Shown here: piece after piece, positions 9,643-18,612 of the stretch
Layout of the letters: each line of letters begins with the position of its first letter
Position numbering within the stretch: the stretch's first letter is position 1
Source of the DNA: Spirochaetia bacterium
GTDB lineage: Bacteria; Spirochaetota; Spirochaetia; DSM-2461
DNA: 64,000 nt
Direction of reading: 5' to 3'
Assembly: GCA_963666985.2 (NCBI GenBank)
Contig: CAXXIA010000002.1
Location: forward strand, 1,632,001-1,696,000
Notes under the pieces: generated by a model
What the model saw: only the letters and a program-made list of their open reading frames with translations
Databases searched by the model: none
What the model was told of the DNA's origin: nothing
Translations under genes and position numbers: made by a program

Positions 9643-10818
9643 TTAGTTTGGGTTAACATTATTGGAGCGCACATTTTCATTCGTTTCATTTAATTTGGAT
9701 TCGGCGGAATGCCGACGTTTCGCTTTTTGATGAACATAAGAAACAAAATGTCCGATCATCACGGGAACCGTTTTCAGAATAATTCCAAGGTCTTTCCAAA
9801 AAGAAAGATTTTCTCCATATCTGATATCCAATCGAATCATTTCCTTGAACGTCAGAGTATGCTTTCCACCAACCTGCCATGAACCCGTTAATCCCGGAAC
9901 GATATCGAATCGTTTTTTGTGCCAGTGAAGATACAGCTCGGCTTCATCGGGAAGGCACGGACGAGGGCCAACAAGGCTCATATCACCGCCCAGAACATTA
10001 AAAAGCTGAGGAATCTCATCCAAACCCATGGCTCGAAAGAAACCGCCACCGGGAATGAGATGCGGATCCCAATAATCGGTACCCATCGGTGTATTGCCAT
10101 CACGAATGAAACTTAACAAATCGTTATTTGCTTCCTCTTTATTACCATCGAGCTTCATCGTTCGAAATTTAAGAATTTTTATAATACGTCCGCCAAGACC
10201 GACCCGCTCTTCATGCTGAAAAATTGGTCCGGAAGACACACAGATAATGTAGAGAGGAATAAAAAGGAAAAGGGGGAACGAAACAACCAAGCCTAAAACG
10301 CTTACAAAGACATCAAGGTATCTCTTCCATCGCGGAGGTTTCTTGCAAAACATATCCGCAAGTTTGGCATCGTAGGTAGAGTAGTACTCAGGTTCCTCTT
10401 CATCGTCGTCCACAACCATTGTGATATTGCTTATTCTGGGATACATGCTCAAGCCGACGGATTTAACCAATTTAAAATCCGCAGTGGAGTCATGAACATT
10501 TTTAATAAATGCTTGAGCCCCGCTTATGGTTGTATCGGGCAGAAGAATGCCGATTTTTGAGTCCGAATGCCACCCCGCGTAATCGGTAATACGCATGTTT
10601 ATAAATATTGTTGCGAGAAAACGGCGAAACGTATAAAGAGTAACGGCATCAAAGTCAATTTCAATAAAAACCAAACAAAAACGACTTTTGGTTCGATCGG
10701 CCCGCATTCTTTCGTAACGTATGAGCTGGTGGAAGGCGTCGCGTCTAAGCGCGCCTTCCTGGTGGGTGTGCGTTACTTGAAAAGCATTAAGGGGAGTCCA
10801 TCTCGTTTTCTTGCCCAC
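9643..10818 (-). CDS. Priming sugar-phosphate transferase (bacterial sugar transferase domain) with N-terminal degenerate GGDEF-like domain
   Basis: C-terminal KRYLDV, KFRTM, LDEIPQLFNVLGGDMSLVGPRP and PGLTG motifs; N-terminal ERMRADR...RITD-YAGWH-SDSKI-GILLPDT. Confidence 0.9.
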   Translation of the reverse strand: MGKKTRWTPLNAFQVTHTHQEGALRRDAFHQLIRYERMRADRTKSRFCLVFIEIDFDAVTLYTFRRFLATIFINMRITDYAGWHSDSKIGILLPDTTISGAQAFIKNVHDSTADFKLVKSVGLSMYPRISNITMVVDDDEEEPEYYSTYDAKLADMFCKKPPRWKRYLDVFVSVLGLVVSFPLFLFIPLYIICVSSGPIFQHEERVGLGGRIIKILKFRTMKLDGNKEEANNDLLSFIRDGNTPMGTDYWDPHLIPGGGFFRAMGLDEIPQLFNVLGGDMSLVGPRPCLPDEAELYLHWHKKRFDIVPGLTGSWQVGGKHTLTFKEMIRLDIRYGENLSFWKDLGIILKTVPVMIGHFVSYVHQKAKRRHSAESKLNETNENVRSNNVNPN

Positions 10819-10940
10819 AATACCCAGTATAGAACGAATTACGGACTATAAATAGTCGGCCGCGACTCTTTTAATATTGTGACGATCCTCCTTGACTTCG
10901 TAAGAATTTCATGAATGAGGCCGATTTCCTTACCGTCTCA

Positions 10941-10969
10941 TTGACATGCGCAGATGAAGTAGATAACTT
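10941..10969 (+). promoter_or_regulatory. Candidate sigma70 promoter for the 11043-14314 unit
   Basis: TTGACA-N17-TAACTT upstream of ATG 11043; the -10 match is weak. Confidence 0.4.
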
Positions 10970-11042
10970 TATTCATAGATAGTCGCTTTTTTTTTCCACA
11001 AGTTTTTTTTTTGAAATAAAGCGCGTTACTTTAAGGTTCATA

Positions 11043-11525
11043 ATGAACGGGAAGAATCGTAAACTCCTAGCTCACCTCAATGCTCTCGGCCTGTATACGG
11101 AGAAAGAATTCTATCGTATTCATGATTATGAGAAACTCCGCTCCGACAGAAACGGTATGCAATTCTCTTATATTATTCTCAATCTCGATACTAAGGCTAT
11201 TCCTTTGCGATCAGTCAAAAAACTGATAATGGGCATCCTCGGACAACTCCGCATTATCGACCATATCGGTTTGAGCGGGACGGATCGTATCGGTATTCTC
11301 CTTCCCGGTACCGAAAAAAGCGGCGCTTTGGGTTTCCTGAAGAATATTAATCATCTCCTTTCGGAGTTCCCTGGAATTTCCGTTGATGACATTATAACCT
11401 ATCCGGAACCCCAAGCTCTGATGACGGCAGTATCGGCATCCGTGGCTTCCGCAGCCATAGTGGAATCGTCCGATACCGCTGAAGCGGAGGAAGTCGTCAT
11501 TATCCCCTTTGAAATAAGCAAGTAG
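11043..11525 (+). CDS. Stand-alone degenerate GGDEF-like domain protein (RxxD retained)
   Basis: EKLRSDRNGMQFSYIILNLD...LRIID-HIGLS-GTDRI-GILLPGT; paralogous to the N-terminus of the divergent sugar transferase. Confidence 0.7.
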   Translation: MNGKNRKLLAHLNALGLYTEKEFYRIHDYEKLRSDRNGMQFSYIILNLDTKAIPLRSVKKLIMGILGQLRIIDHIGLSGTDRIGILLPGTEKSGALGFLKNINHLLSEFPGISVDDIITYPEPQALMTAVSASVASAAIVESSDTAEAEEVVIIPFEISK

Positions 11526-11577
11526 TTCCACAGCAAGAGAAACAAGACCTTTACGGTCGGAGAACGGGACTGCTAAT

Positions 11578-12819
11578 ATGGCCGTAATGAATAAACTTCC
11601 CACTCTCACAGAACCGATTGAAACACCGGATAAACCAAAAAGTATTATAGATATCCTTCTTAAATACCTCATAATGCTCTGGCGTTACCGCGTGTTGATG
11701 GGAATTATCACAGCCTCGGGAACCTTCGTCGTTTTTACATTCTGCCTGCTTACCAAACTGCTGCCGCCGGAGATCAATCCTATGCCGAATCAATATACGG
11801 CCCAAGCGGTTCTCCTTGTCGATCGAGACAGTTCCGGCGGAGGGATCGGTTCCATTTTAGCCAGTTACGGTATGAATCTCGGCTTAGGATCATCTTCCGG
11901 CGGTAATAATATCGACCTGATTCTGACCATCTTGGACAGCCGTCCTTTTCTCGACCTTTTGGTGGAAGAATTTGATATTATCAACGAGAGAAGAATCAAA
12001 CTCGACCCAAAAACGAATTCCCGTCTAATAATTCAGAACATGTCCTCTCATTGGTATGATAAAACTTCAAATACGCTTACTTTAAGCTGTACCCACACAG
12101 ATCCGGAGTATGCGGCCGATTTCGTTAACAGACAGATTGAACTTCTCGAACAATGGTATACGCAATTCGGCGGACAGCGCGCCGAAAAGGATCTTCACCT
12201 CCTCGAGGTTCAGCTGGCCAACCAGGAAGGCCAAATAGCCCGGCTTGAAGATGAAATTAAAAAATTTCAACAGGAAAACAACACCATTTCGATCGAAGAT
12301 TTGGCCGCTCTTCAAGCGAAAATGATTGGCGATCTTCGAACCCAAATAACCCAGATTGATTTACAAATTCAAACGGCCCAGCAGTTTTCACAAGCCGCGA
12401 TTGAAAGCGAAAGCCTCATCAACTTAAGACTCCAGCGCAACAATCTGAACTATATGATTTCACAGTTGGAAAAAGGATATTCCGGCGGTGTAAAAATCAT
12501 GCCTTCGGCGGAAGAACTTCCGGACCTGGCCATCAAATATACAAAACTCCGTCAGGAAGCGGAGATTCAAGCAACTGTCTACCAAAAACTTCGGGAACAA
12601 TACGAAATAGCCAATCTCAATCAGGAACGAGCCGAAGCGTTCTCCGTGATGGAATATGCGGAAGTTCCCGAGTTAAAAGACTCTCCCCGCCGTTCGGTGA
12701 TTGTTGTCGGAGGCTTCTTCGTTTCTCTGCTCATCAGCATCCTCGTCGCATTCATTCTGGAATATTCGGGTCAAGTCATCGATATAATCAAGGAGAAAAT
12801 CAAGAATGAACAATCGTAA
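11578..12819 (+). CDS. Polysaccharide co-polymerase / chain-length determinant (Wzz/GumC-like, no kinase domain)
   Basis: Two TM helices flanking a long coiled-coil region; Pro-rich AEVPELKDSPRR before TM2; no Walker A motif. Confidence 0.85.
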   Translation: MAVMNKLPTLTEPIETPDKPKSIIDILLKYLIMLWRYRVLMGIITASGTFVVFTFCLLTKLLPPEINPMPNQYTAQAVLLVDRDSSGGGIGSILASYGMNLGLGSSSGGNNIDLILTILDSRPFLDLLVEEFDIINERRIKLDPKTNSRLIIQNMSSHWYDKTSNTLTLSCTHTDPEYAADFVNRQIELLEQWYTQFGGQRAEKDLHLLEVQLANQEGQIARLEDEIKKFQQENNTISIEDLAALQAKMIGDLRTQITQIDLQIQTAQQFSQAAIESESLINLRLQRNNLNYMISQLEKGYSGGVKIMPSAEELPDLAIKYTKLRQEAEIQATVYQKLREQYEIANLNQERAEAFSVMEYAEVPELKDSPRRSVIVVGGFFVSLLISILVAFILEYSGQVIDIIKEKIKNEQS

Positions 12820-14314
12820 ACCACTATTACTTCTCTCCCTGATACTCCTCGGGGGTTTTGCCTGGGGGCAGGCTACTCCCGGAACCGACGAACAGGCCAA
12901 TTCGCCCAGCAGCGACCAAATGACGGCCATGGCTCTCGCCGATTCAACTTATCCGGTTACGCCCGGCGACCAATACAGCCTCTCTTTCTCCTTTCGCGGT
13001 CAGATGCAAGACGTTCCCATTTCCGTAACCACCGATTACCGTCTCGATCTTGGAATTTTCGGATCGGTTGAAGCCGACGGCTTAACATTCCCTGAACTTA
13101 AAACTCTCGCCGAACAGACGGTCAACGGGTTCTATCCGGGAAGCCACCCTCAGCTCACCATTGAAAGCATCGGTGAATTCCAAGTCAGTATCTTCATGGA
13201 AGGCAAAGGACCCGTTTCCATCAATGCCAGCGGATTAACCCGGCTTAAGGACGTCATCGACAATCTTGTTCCCGATGATGAATACTCTCAGCGGAAAATC
13301 CTCATTACAAACCGTTCCGGTGAGAGTTCCTATTACGACTACTATCGGTATCTTTACCGTCACGAAGAACGATCTAATCCCCACCTTCAGCCGGGCCAAA
13401 GAGTTCATTTCTCTTATTCGGATCTTGTTGTTGAGATTACCGGCGCGGTCCGGGAACCAAAGACAATCTCCATAATTGCCCGGGATACGATGGACTCAAT
13501 CATTTCCTATGTCGGAGGATTCACACAGGAAGCCGACCGATCCCGTATTCAAAAATGGCAAATCGTCGAGGGCGAGCAGATTTACAGTCTCCACGAATGG
13601 GGCGACAAGGAACTGCTGACCGCACGTTCAAGCCATCTGCGGATTAACGTCCCCGCCCGGGGAGAAACCCGTAAGGTTATGACCGTCGAAATCAATACGC
13701 CGGCGATAGATAATGACGATGATGATGTAACAATGTACGACGAAGTTCAGGGCGAGTCGGTTACGGGTGAATACATTCGTCTTACAATACCGGTATTCGA
13801 AGGTATGCTGGTTTCAGACGTACTGGAAGAAGTAAAACCCTACTTCACGCATATGACCGATCTTCGTTTCAGCAGTATTGTCCGCGAAGGCGAAGAAGAG
13901 CCCCTTCACGTTAATCTGGAAGATGTTCTCAACACCTCGGGCAGTCCTTATAACATAACGGTTAAGCCTAACGACATTCTGGGCATCCCAGCACGAATGG
14001 TATTCGTTTCGGTCTCGGGCGGCGTCTATGTTCCCGGCCGTTATTACTACACACCGATGAGAACCGCCGATTATTACATCACCATGGCCGGGGGTATCGA
14101 TCCCGAACAAAATTCCCATAGAAACATCGTGGTATATGATGAAACGGGAAACCAGAAAGACCGAAAGGCGTTAATAAAACCGGGCGACAATATCGTCGTC
14201 GTTCAAGACAACATGGTTTTTCAGTTTAACGAGAAATTTGCGGCCGTTACCACTGGACTGACATTCATCACGACTTTGACTCTTCTGATAACAACACTTG
14301 CCGGCGGACTTTAG
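12806..14314 (+). CDS. Polysaccharide export protein (Wza/OPX-like, SLBB repeats)
   Basis: Signal peptide; YPVTPGD poly-export motif; repeated VxGxVxxP / AGG / PGD SLBB patterns; C-terminal hydrophobic helix; overlaps the co-polymerase stop. Confidence 0.85.
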   Translation: MNNRKPLLLLSLILLGGFAWGQATPGTDEQANSPSSDQMTAMALADSTYPVTPGDQYSLSFSFRGQMQDVPISVTTDYRLDLGIFGSVEADGLTFPELKTLAEQTVNGFYPGSHPQLTIESIGEFQVSIFMEGKGPVSINASGLTRLKDVIDNLVPDDEYSQRKILITNRSGESSYYDYYRYLYRHEERSNPHLQPGQRVHFSYSDLVVEITGAVREPKTISIIARDTMDSIISYVGGFTQEADRSRIQKWQIVEGEQIYSLHEWGDKELLTARSSHLRINVPARGETRKVMTVEINTPAIDNDDDDVTMYDEVQGESVTGEYIRLTIPVFEGMLVSDVLEEVKPYFTHMTDLRFSSIVREGEEEPLHVNLEDVLNTSGSPYNITVKPNDILGIPARMVFVSVSGGVYVPGRYYYTPMRTADYYITMAGGIDPEQNSHRNIVVYDETGNQKDRKALIKPGDNIVVVQDNMVFQFNEKFAAVTTGLTFITTLTLLITTLAGGL

Positions 14315-14927
14315 ATTTCTTCGTTTCGAATCGATAATAAACACCGATTTTCATCTCCGTGAAGGGCACAATAACGTCGTAACTCGTCCTGAAGCGTTTC
14401 TGAACACCGCTGCCGGTATCGTACCAGCGATAACTGAGATCCAACCTTAACACGTCCATCGTCGCCCGAAGCGATAGGAACTCCGTCGGATTAATTTCAA
14501 CCATCAGCGGCCAAGCGGCGGATAGAGCCAAGGTAACATCCAGATCATACGTCGGATCGGTTACCGCCCAGCGTGTATCCAAACCGGTGGAAACTCCTGT
14601 CGCGAAACGAAAATGTTGTGTTCGGAACAAATGAAAATTGACATCGAATCCGCCCCCAAAAGTCACATAGCGCTCCAAAAGGCTGTCACCATCCTTTTCC
14701 GTTTCAATTGCGAAAACAGCAAAGGGAACATATTCCCGAAGTTCGCTTTTCATAATTGAAAATGACGGGGTTAGCTCAAGAGATAAATCTCGAGCTTTGT
14801 AACCGTCCATTGTAACATCCGTGATATTGTATAAATACGCTTCCAGCCCCGCTCCGTAAGTGGGGTATTCCGCCCAAAGACCAGCTGTAAGTAAAATCAG
14901 TAATGCTGATAAAAAAAACCTTTTCAT
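14268..14927 (-). CDS. Hypothetical exported protein, probable outer-membrane beta-barrel
   Basis: Signal peptide MKRFFLSALLILLTAGLWA after a GGAGAGAGG RBS; alternating amphipathic strands; GVYYRF near the C-terminus. Confidence 0.6.
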   Translation of the reverse strand: MKRFFLSALLILLTAGLWAEYPTYGAGLEAYLYNITDVTMDGYKARDLSLELTPSFSIMKSELREYVPFAVFAIETEKDGDSLLERYVTFGGGFDVNFHLFRTQHFRFATGVSTGLDTRWAVTDPTYDLDVTLALSAAWPLMVEINPTEFLSLRATMDVLRLDLSYRWYDTGSGVQKRFRTSYDVIVPFTEMKIGVYYRFETKKSKVRRQVLLSEESKS

Positions 14928-14962
14928 ATTCCCTCTCTCCATGGAATCTCTTCCGGAGTCGC

Positions 14963-14984
14963 AGTATGTTATAGATAACATACT
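14963..14984. promoter_or_regulatory. Perfect 10-bp inverted repeat (candidate operator) between divergent genes
   Basis: AGTATGTTAT-AG-ATAACATACT. Confidence 0.55.
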
Positions 14985-15101
14985 TTGGCACTAGCTAAAA
15001 ATCATTCCATGTTGTCAGAAGTCTATAAAAAACGACCATATTCCTCGGTTAATTCGTGGATCTCGTGGTAATCTCTGTCAATGGAATAACAGGAGATATC
15101 A

Positions 15102-15737
15102 TTGAAGATACTTGATATTCAAGAACTGGAAATTAGAGACATCAAAGTAATACGGTTCGCCAGATTCTGCGACAATCGCGGCTACTTCACCGAACCATTT
15201 CGCCGAAGTCAATTCGATCAGGAAGTTCCCTTTCTAAAAGAACAATCCTTCGTTCAGGCCAATGAAAGCTATTCGGTTGCCGGTGTGGTCCGCGGACTCC
15301 ATTTTCAATGGAATCCCTATATGGGAAAACTGGTACGAACCGTCCAGGGACGCATGGTTGATCTCTTCCTTGATATACGAAAAGGTTCCCCAACTTACGG
15401 TAAGGCGGCGGCCTATGATGTGAAAGGAAATCCCGCGGACGAGTATGCCGAATGGATCTGGATTCCACCGGGATTCGCTCACGGAAATTTCTTTACGGAA
15501 AATACAATGATTGAATATTTCTGTACGGGCGAATACAGTCCGGGGTGTGAAGCCGGGATTTCTCCTCTTTCAAAAGATATCGACTGGTCACTCTGTGAGG
15601 ATTCCTTGAAAAATGAATTCGATTCTCTTACCTCTGGTAATGCCGTAATGTCGGAGAAAGATCGAAACGGCCTTTCCCTCGCCCAATGGACATCGGATGA
15701 AAGATCCGATAATTTTCTTTACGAGAATCTTAAATGA
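15102..15737 (+). CDS. rmlC: dTDP-4-dehydrorhamnose 3,5-epimerase family
   Basis: DNRGYF, RGLHFQ, KLVRTVQG, DIRKGSPTYG, WIPPGFAHG; TTG start after AGGAGA. Confidence 0.88.
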   Translation: MKILDIQELEIRDIKVIRFARFCDNRGYFTEPFRRSQFDQEVPFLKEQSFVQANESYSVAGVVRGLHFQWNPYMGKLVRTVQGRMVDLFLDIRKGSPTYGKAAAYDVKGNPADEYAEWIWIPPGFAHGNFFTENTMIEYFCTGEYSPGCEAGISPLSKDIDWSLCEDSLKNEFDSLTSGNAVMSEKDRNGLSLAQWTSDERSDNFLYENLK

Positions 15738-16459
15738 TCAACACGGCGCAAATACTTATTACAGGCGGCTCCGGACTCCTCGGCGGAGAATTAAAAAAAA
15801 ATCTTCCCGAAGCACTTTTCCCCACTCATGAAGAATTCAACGTGGAAAACCCCGACCGCATGGATTCCTACATCGCCGGCCGGGATATCAAACTGATCCT
15901 CCATGCCGCCGCTTTTACTTCCCCTCCCCGCATTAATGAGAATCCTGAAAACGCCTTAAAAGCAAACATCATCGGAACGGCCAACGTCACCGGTCTCTGC
16001 ATGCGGCGCAACATCCGGCTGGTTTACATCAGTACGGATTACGTTTTTTCAGGAGACAAAGGATCTTATGCCGAGAACGATCCGGTCCTTCCCGTGAATA
16101 AATATGCCTGGTCCAAACTCGGCGGCGAATGCGCCGTTCAAATGCACGACGACTCCATGATTATCAGAACATCTTTCGGTGAAAATCAATTTCCGTACGA
16201 AAAGGCTTTTATCGATCAATGGACCAGTCGGCAGTCCGTTACGGAAGTTGCAAAAAAAATTACATCGTTACTGCAGCATACGGATTATCGCGGTGTTATC
16301 CATGTCGGCGGTCCGCGAAGAACCGTGTATGAATATGCTTTATCCGTTGCTCAAGGAAAAAAAATCGGCGAACTCTCCGTTAAGGATGTTTCCTTCACGG
16401 TCCCCGTTGATACATCATTCGATATCAGTCGTTTCCTGGAACTTACGAACCGGGATTAA
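15734..16459 (+). CDS. rmlD: dTDP-4-dehydrorhamnose reductase-like SDR
   Basis: GGSGLLG, HAAAFT, ISTDYVFSG, YAWSK; shorter than typical RmlD. Confidence 0.72.
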   Translation: MINTAQILITGGSGLLGGELKKNLPEALFPTHEEFNVENPDRMDSYIAGRDIKLILHAAAFTSPPRINENPENALKANIIGTANVTGLCMRRNIRLVYISTDYVFSGDKGSYAENDPVLPVNKYAWSKLGGECAVQMHDDSMIIRTSFGENQFPYEKAFIDQWTSRQSVTEVAKKITSLLQHTDYRGVIHVGGPRRTVYEYALSVAQGKKIGELSVKDVSFTVPVDTSFDISRFLELTNRD

Positions 16460-16473
16460 TAAAGGAAGTCATT

Positions 16474-17427
16474 ATGAAAATACTCGTCGCCGGCGGAGCC
16501 GGATACATTGGAAGCATGCTCGTACCTTATCTCCTCGATCATGGCTATGAGGTTGAAGTCATCGACCTTCTTTGGTTTGGAAACTATCTTCCCGATTCTG
16601 TTAAAGTCGTTAAAAAGGATCTATTCGAATGCCGTGTTGAAGATTTTCAGGGATTCGATCAGGTTATCTTCCTTGCGGGGTTGTCGAACGATCCCATGGC
16701 GGAATTTAATCCATCGATGAATTTCGTCCATAACGGCGCTTTACCTTCCTACTTGGCCTACCTGGCGAAACTGGCCGGAGTAAAACGCTTCATTTACGGA
16801 TCCTCCTGTTCCGTATACGGATATACCGTAAATGAGCTTTATGATGAGGAAGCACCTGTAATTTCCGGTTATCCGTATGGAATTTCCAAACTCCAGGGAG
16901 AACGAGGTGTTCTCCAGATGAACGATGAAGGCTTTTCCACCATCGCGTTAAGAAAGGGAACCGTCAGCGGATACAGCCCGCGCATGCGATTGGATTTGAT
17001 TGTTAACACCATGTATAAAAGCGCTATAAAAGACGGAGTAATAACCGTTAACAATCCATCGATTTGGCGGCCGATTTTGGATATCCGGGATGCCGTCAGA
17101 GGATATCTTCGCGCCGTACAGGCGGATTATTCCATCCATGGCGTATTCAATATCACTTCGGATAACTACACCGTCGGACAGGTCGGAGATTTGGTTAAAG
17201 AAGAACTCGAAGAACTCGGTATCTCCGTGAAGATTAATATTAAATCCATTCAGGATTTCCGGAACTATAAAGTTACAAACGCAAAAGCCAGAACCATTTT
17301 GGGGTATGAAGCGAAGTTCACAATTTCGGATATCGTCCGGGAACTTCACAATAAAAAAGAAGAATTCTCCGATTTCGACGATGATCGATTCTATAACATT
17401 AGACAATTTAAAAAACTGGGTCTGTAG
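16474..17427 (+). CDS. NAD-dependent epimerase/dehydratase (extended SDR)
   Basis: GGAGYIG, SSCSVYG, YGISK. Confidence 0.85.
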   Translation: MKILVAGGAGYIGSMLVPYLLDHGYEVEVIDLLWFGNYLPDSVKVVKKDLFECRVEDFQGFDQVIFLAGLSNDPMAEFNPSMNFVHNGALPSYLAYLAKLAGVKRFIYGSSCSVYGYTVNELYDEEAPVISGYPYGISKLQGERGVLQMNDEGFSTIALRKGTVSGYSPRMRLDLIVNTMYKSAIKDGVITVNNPSIWRPILDIRDAVRGYLRAVQADYSIHGVFNITSDNYTVGQVGDLVKEELEELGISVKINIKSIQDFRNYKVTNAKARTILGYEAKFTISDIVRELHNKKEEFSDFDDDRFYNIRQFKKLGL

Positions 17428-17430
17428 ATT

Positions 17431-18387
17431 ATGGCAAAATACGATATCAGCATCATCGTCGTTGCCTGGAACGTTAAAGAGCTCCTTATCGAGTGTTTTG
17501 ACGCCTTACGGGCCTCTACAGATACGCTGAAAAAGCAAATCCTTTTAGTTGATAACGGCTCGGTAGACGGTTCCGCGGATTTTATCGAAGAGCATTATCC
17601 CGAAGTAACAGTCATTCGAAGCCCGACGAACCTTGGTTTTATTCGAGCAAACAACCTTGCATACAAACAAGCCGAAGGCGAATACATCCTGATGCTGAAT
17701 TCCGATGCATTTGTATATCCGGATTCACTACAGACCGTTTACGACTTTATGGAAAAAACTCCCGAATGCGGAGTAACCGGTGCCAGACTTATCGGGCGTG
17801 ACGGCGTACTTCAGCCTTCCGCCCGATACTTTCCGACACCATTTAAATTGTTTTTACAAAAATGCGGATTAGACGGAAAGTTTCCTTTCGTCGGCCCGTT
17901 GGATGATCTTTCCTGGGATCATCAGTCGATCCGAGAATGTGACTGGGTTGTTGGTTGCTTTCTTCTTACACGGAAAAGGCTCGTAGATCAAATGGGATTC
18001 TTTCTCCGCGAAGACTACTTTATGTATAACGATGATAATGATCTTTGCTTAAGGATAAAAAAACTTGGATATAAAGTTTTCTTTATACCTGTAGATGTTA
18101 TCCATGTCGGCGGAGCGAATGTTATAAAAATGAAACAGACGAGAGGTACGGATAATCAGGTTTTAGAATACCAAATTGAAAGCCAAATTATCTATTTTCG
18201 AAAAAATTATTCATTGTTCAAAACATTTTCCAATATATTTTTTACCCAACTGTTTTACATGGCCGTTCTTTTAAAATGCTTACTTACACTTCGCTTCCGT
18301 AGAATTTCTACAGATATTTGGCCTAAAGTTCTGTTGGTAAATCGCATTTTTAGAAAAACCGGTTTCGGGCAATATTCTATTCATTAA
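17431..18387 (+). CDS. Glycosyltransferase family 2 (WbbL-like rhamnosyltransferase type)
   Basis: SIIVVAWN, VDNGSVD, NLGFIRANN, LNSDA, DWVVGCF, FMYNDDNDLC. Confidence 0.88.
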   Translation: MAKYDISIIVVAWNVKELLIECFDALRASTDTLKKQILLVDNGSVDGSADFIEEHYPEVTVIRSPTNLGFIRANNLAYKQAEGEYILMLNSDAFVYPDSLQTVYDFMEKTPECGVTGARLIGRDGVLQPSARYFPTPFKLFLQKCGLDGKFPFVGPLDDLSWDHQSIRECDWVVGCFLLTRKRLVDQMGFFLREDYFMYNDDNDLCLRIKKLGYKVFFIPVDVIHVGGANVIKMKQTRGTDNQVLEYQIESQIIYFRKNYSLFKTFSNIFFTQLFYMAVLLKCLLTLRFRRISTDIWPKVLLVNRIFRKTGFGQYSIH

Positions 18388-18612
18388 AATTATTTTATCT
18401 CATGCTGAAAATTTAGAAGAACCAATAAATAACTAATTGCACGTTAACAAGAATTTTTTACATATCCACTTTTTGTTTCTATAAACATTAATCCATGGTA
18501 TATTATCAGGACTGTTAAGTTTTTAGTTCCTATTATACTTATATATAATATTTTTGCGGCTGGGTAATTAATTATATTTCAAACTATCAACATATTATAA
18601 AGGTTAATAATA

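Noticed and set aside
11211..11672. 153-aa minus-strand ORF
   Set aside because: Antisense shadow of the GGDEF-like and co-polymerase genes, with no recognisable motif.
14993..15009. sigma54-like TGGAATGATTTTTAGCT on the minus strand
   Set aside because: GG-to-GC spacing is 11 rather than the required 10.
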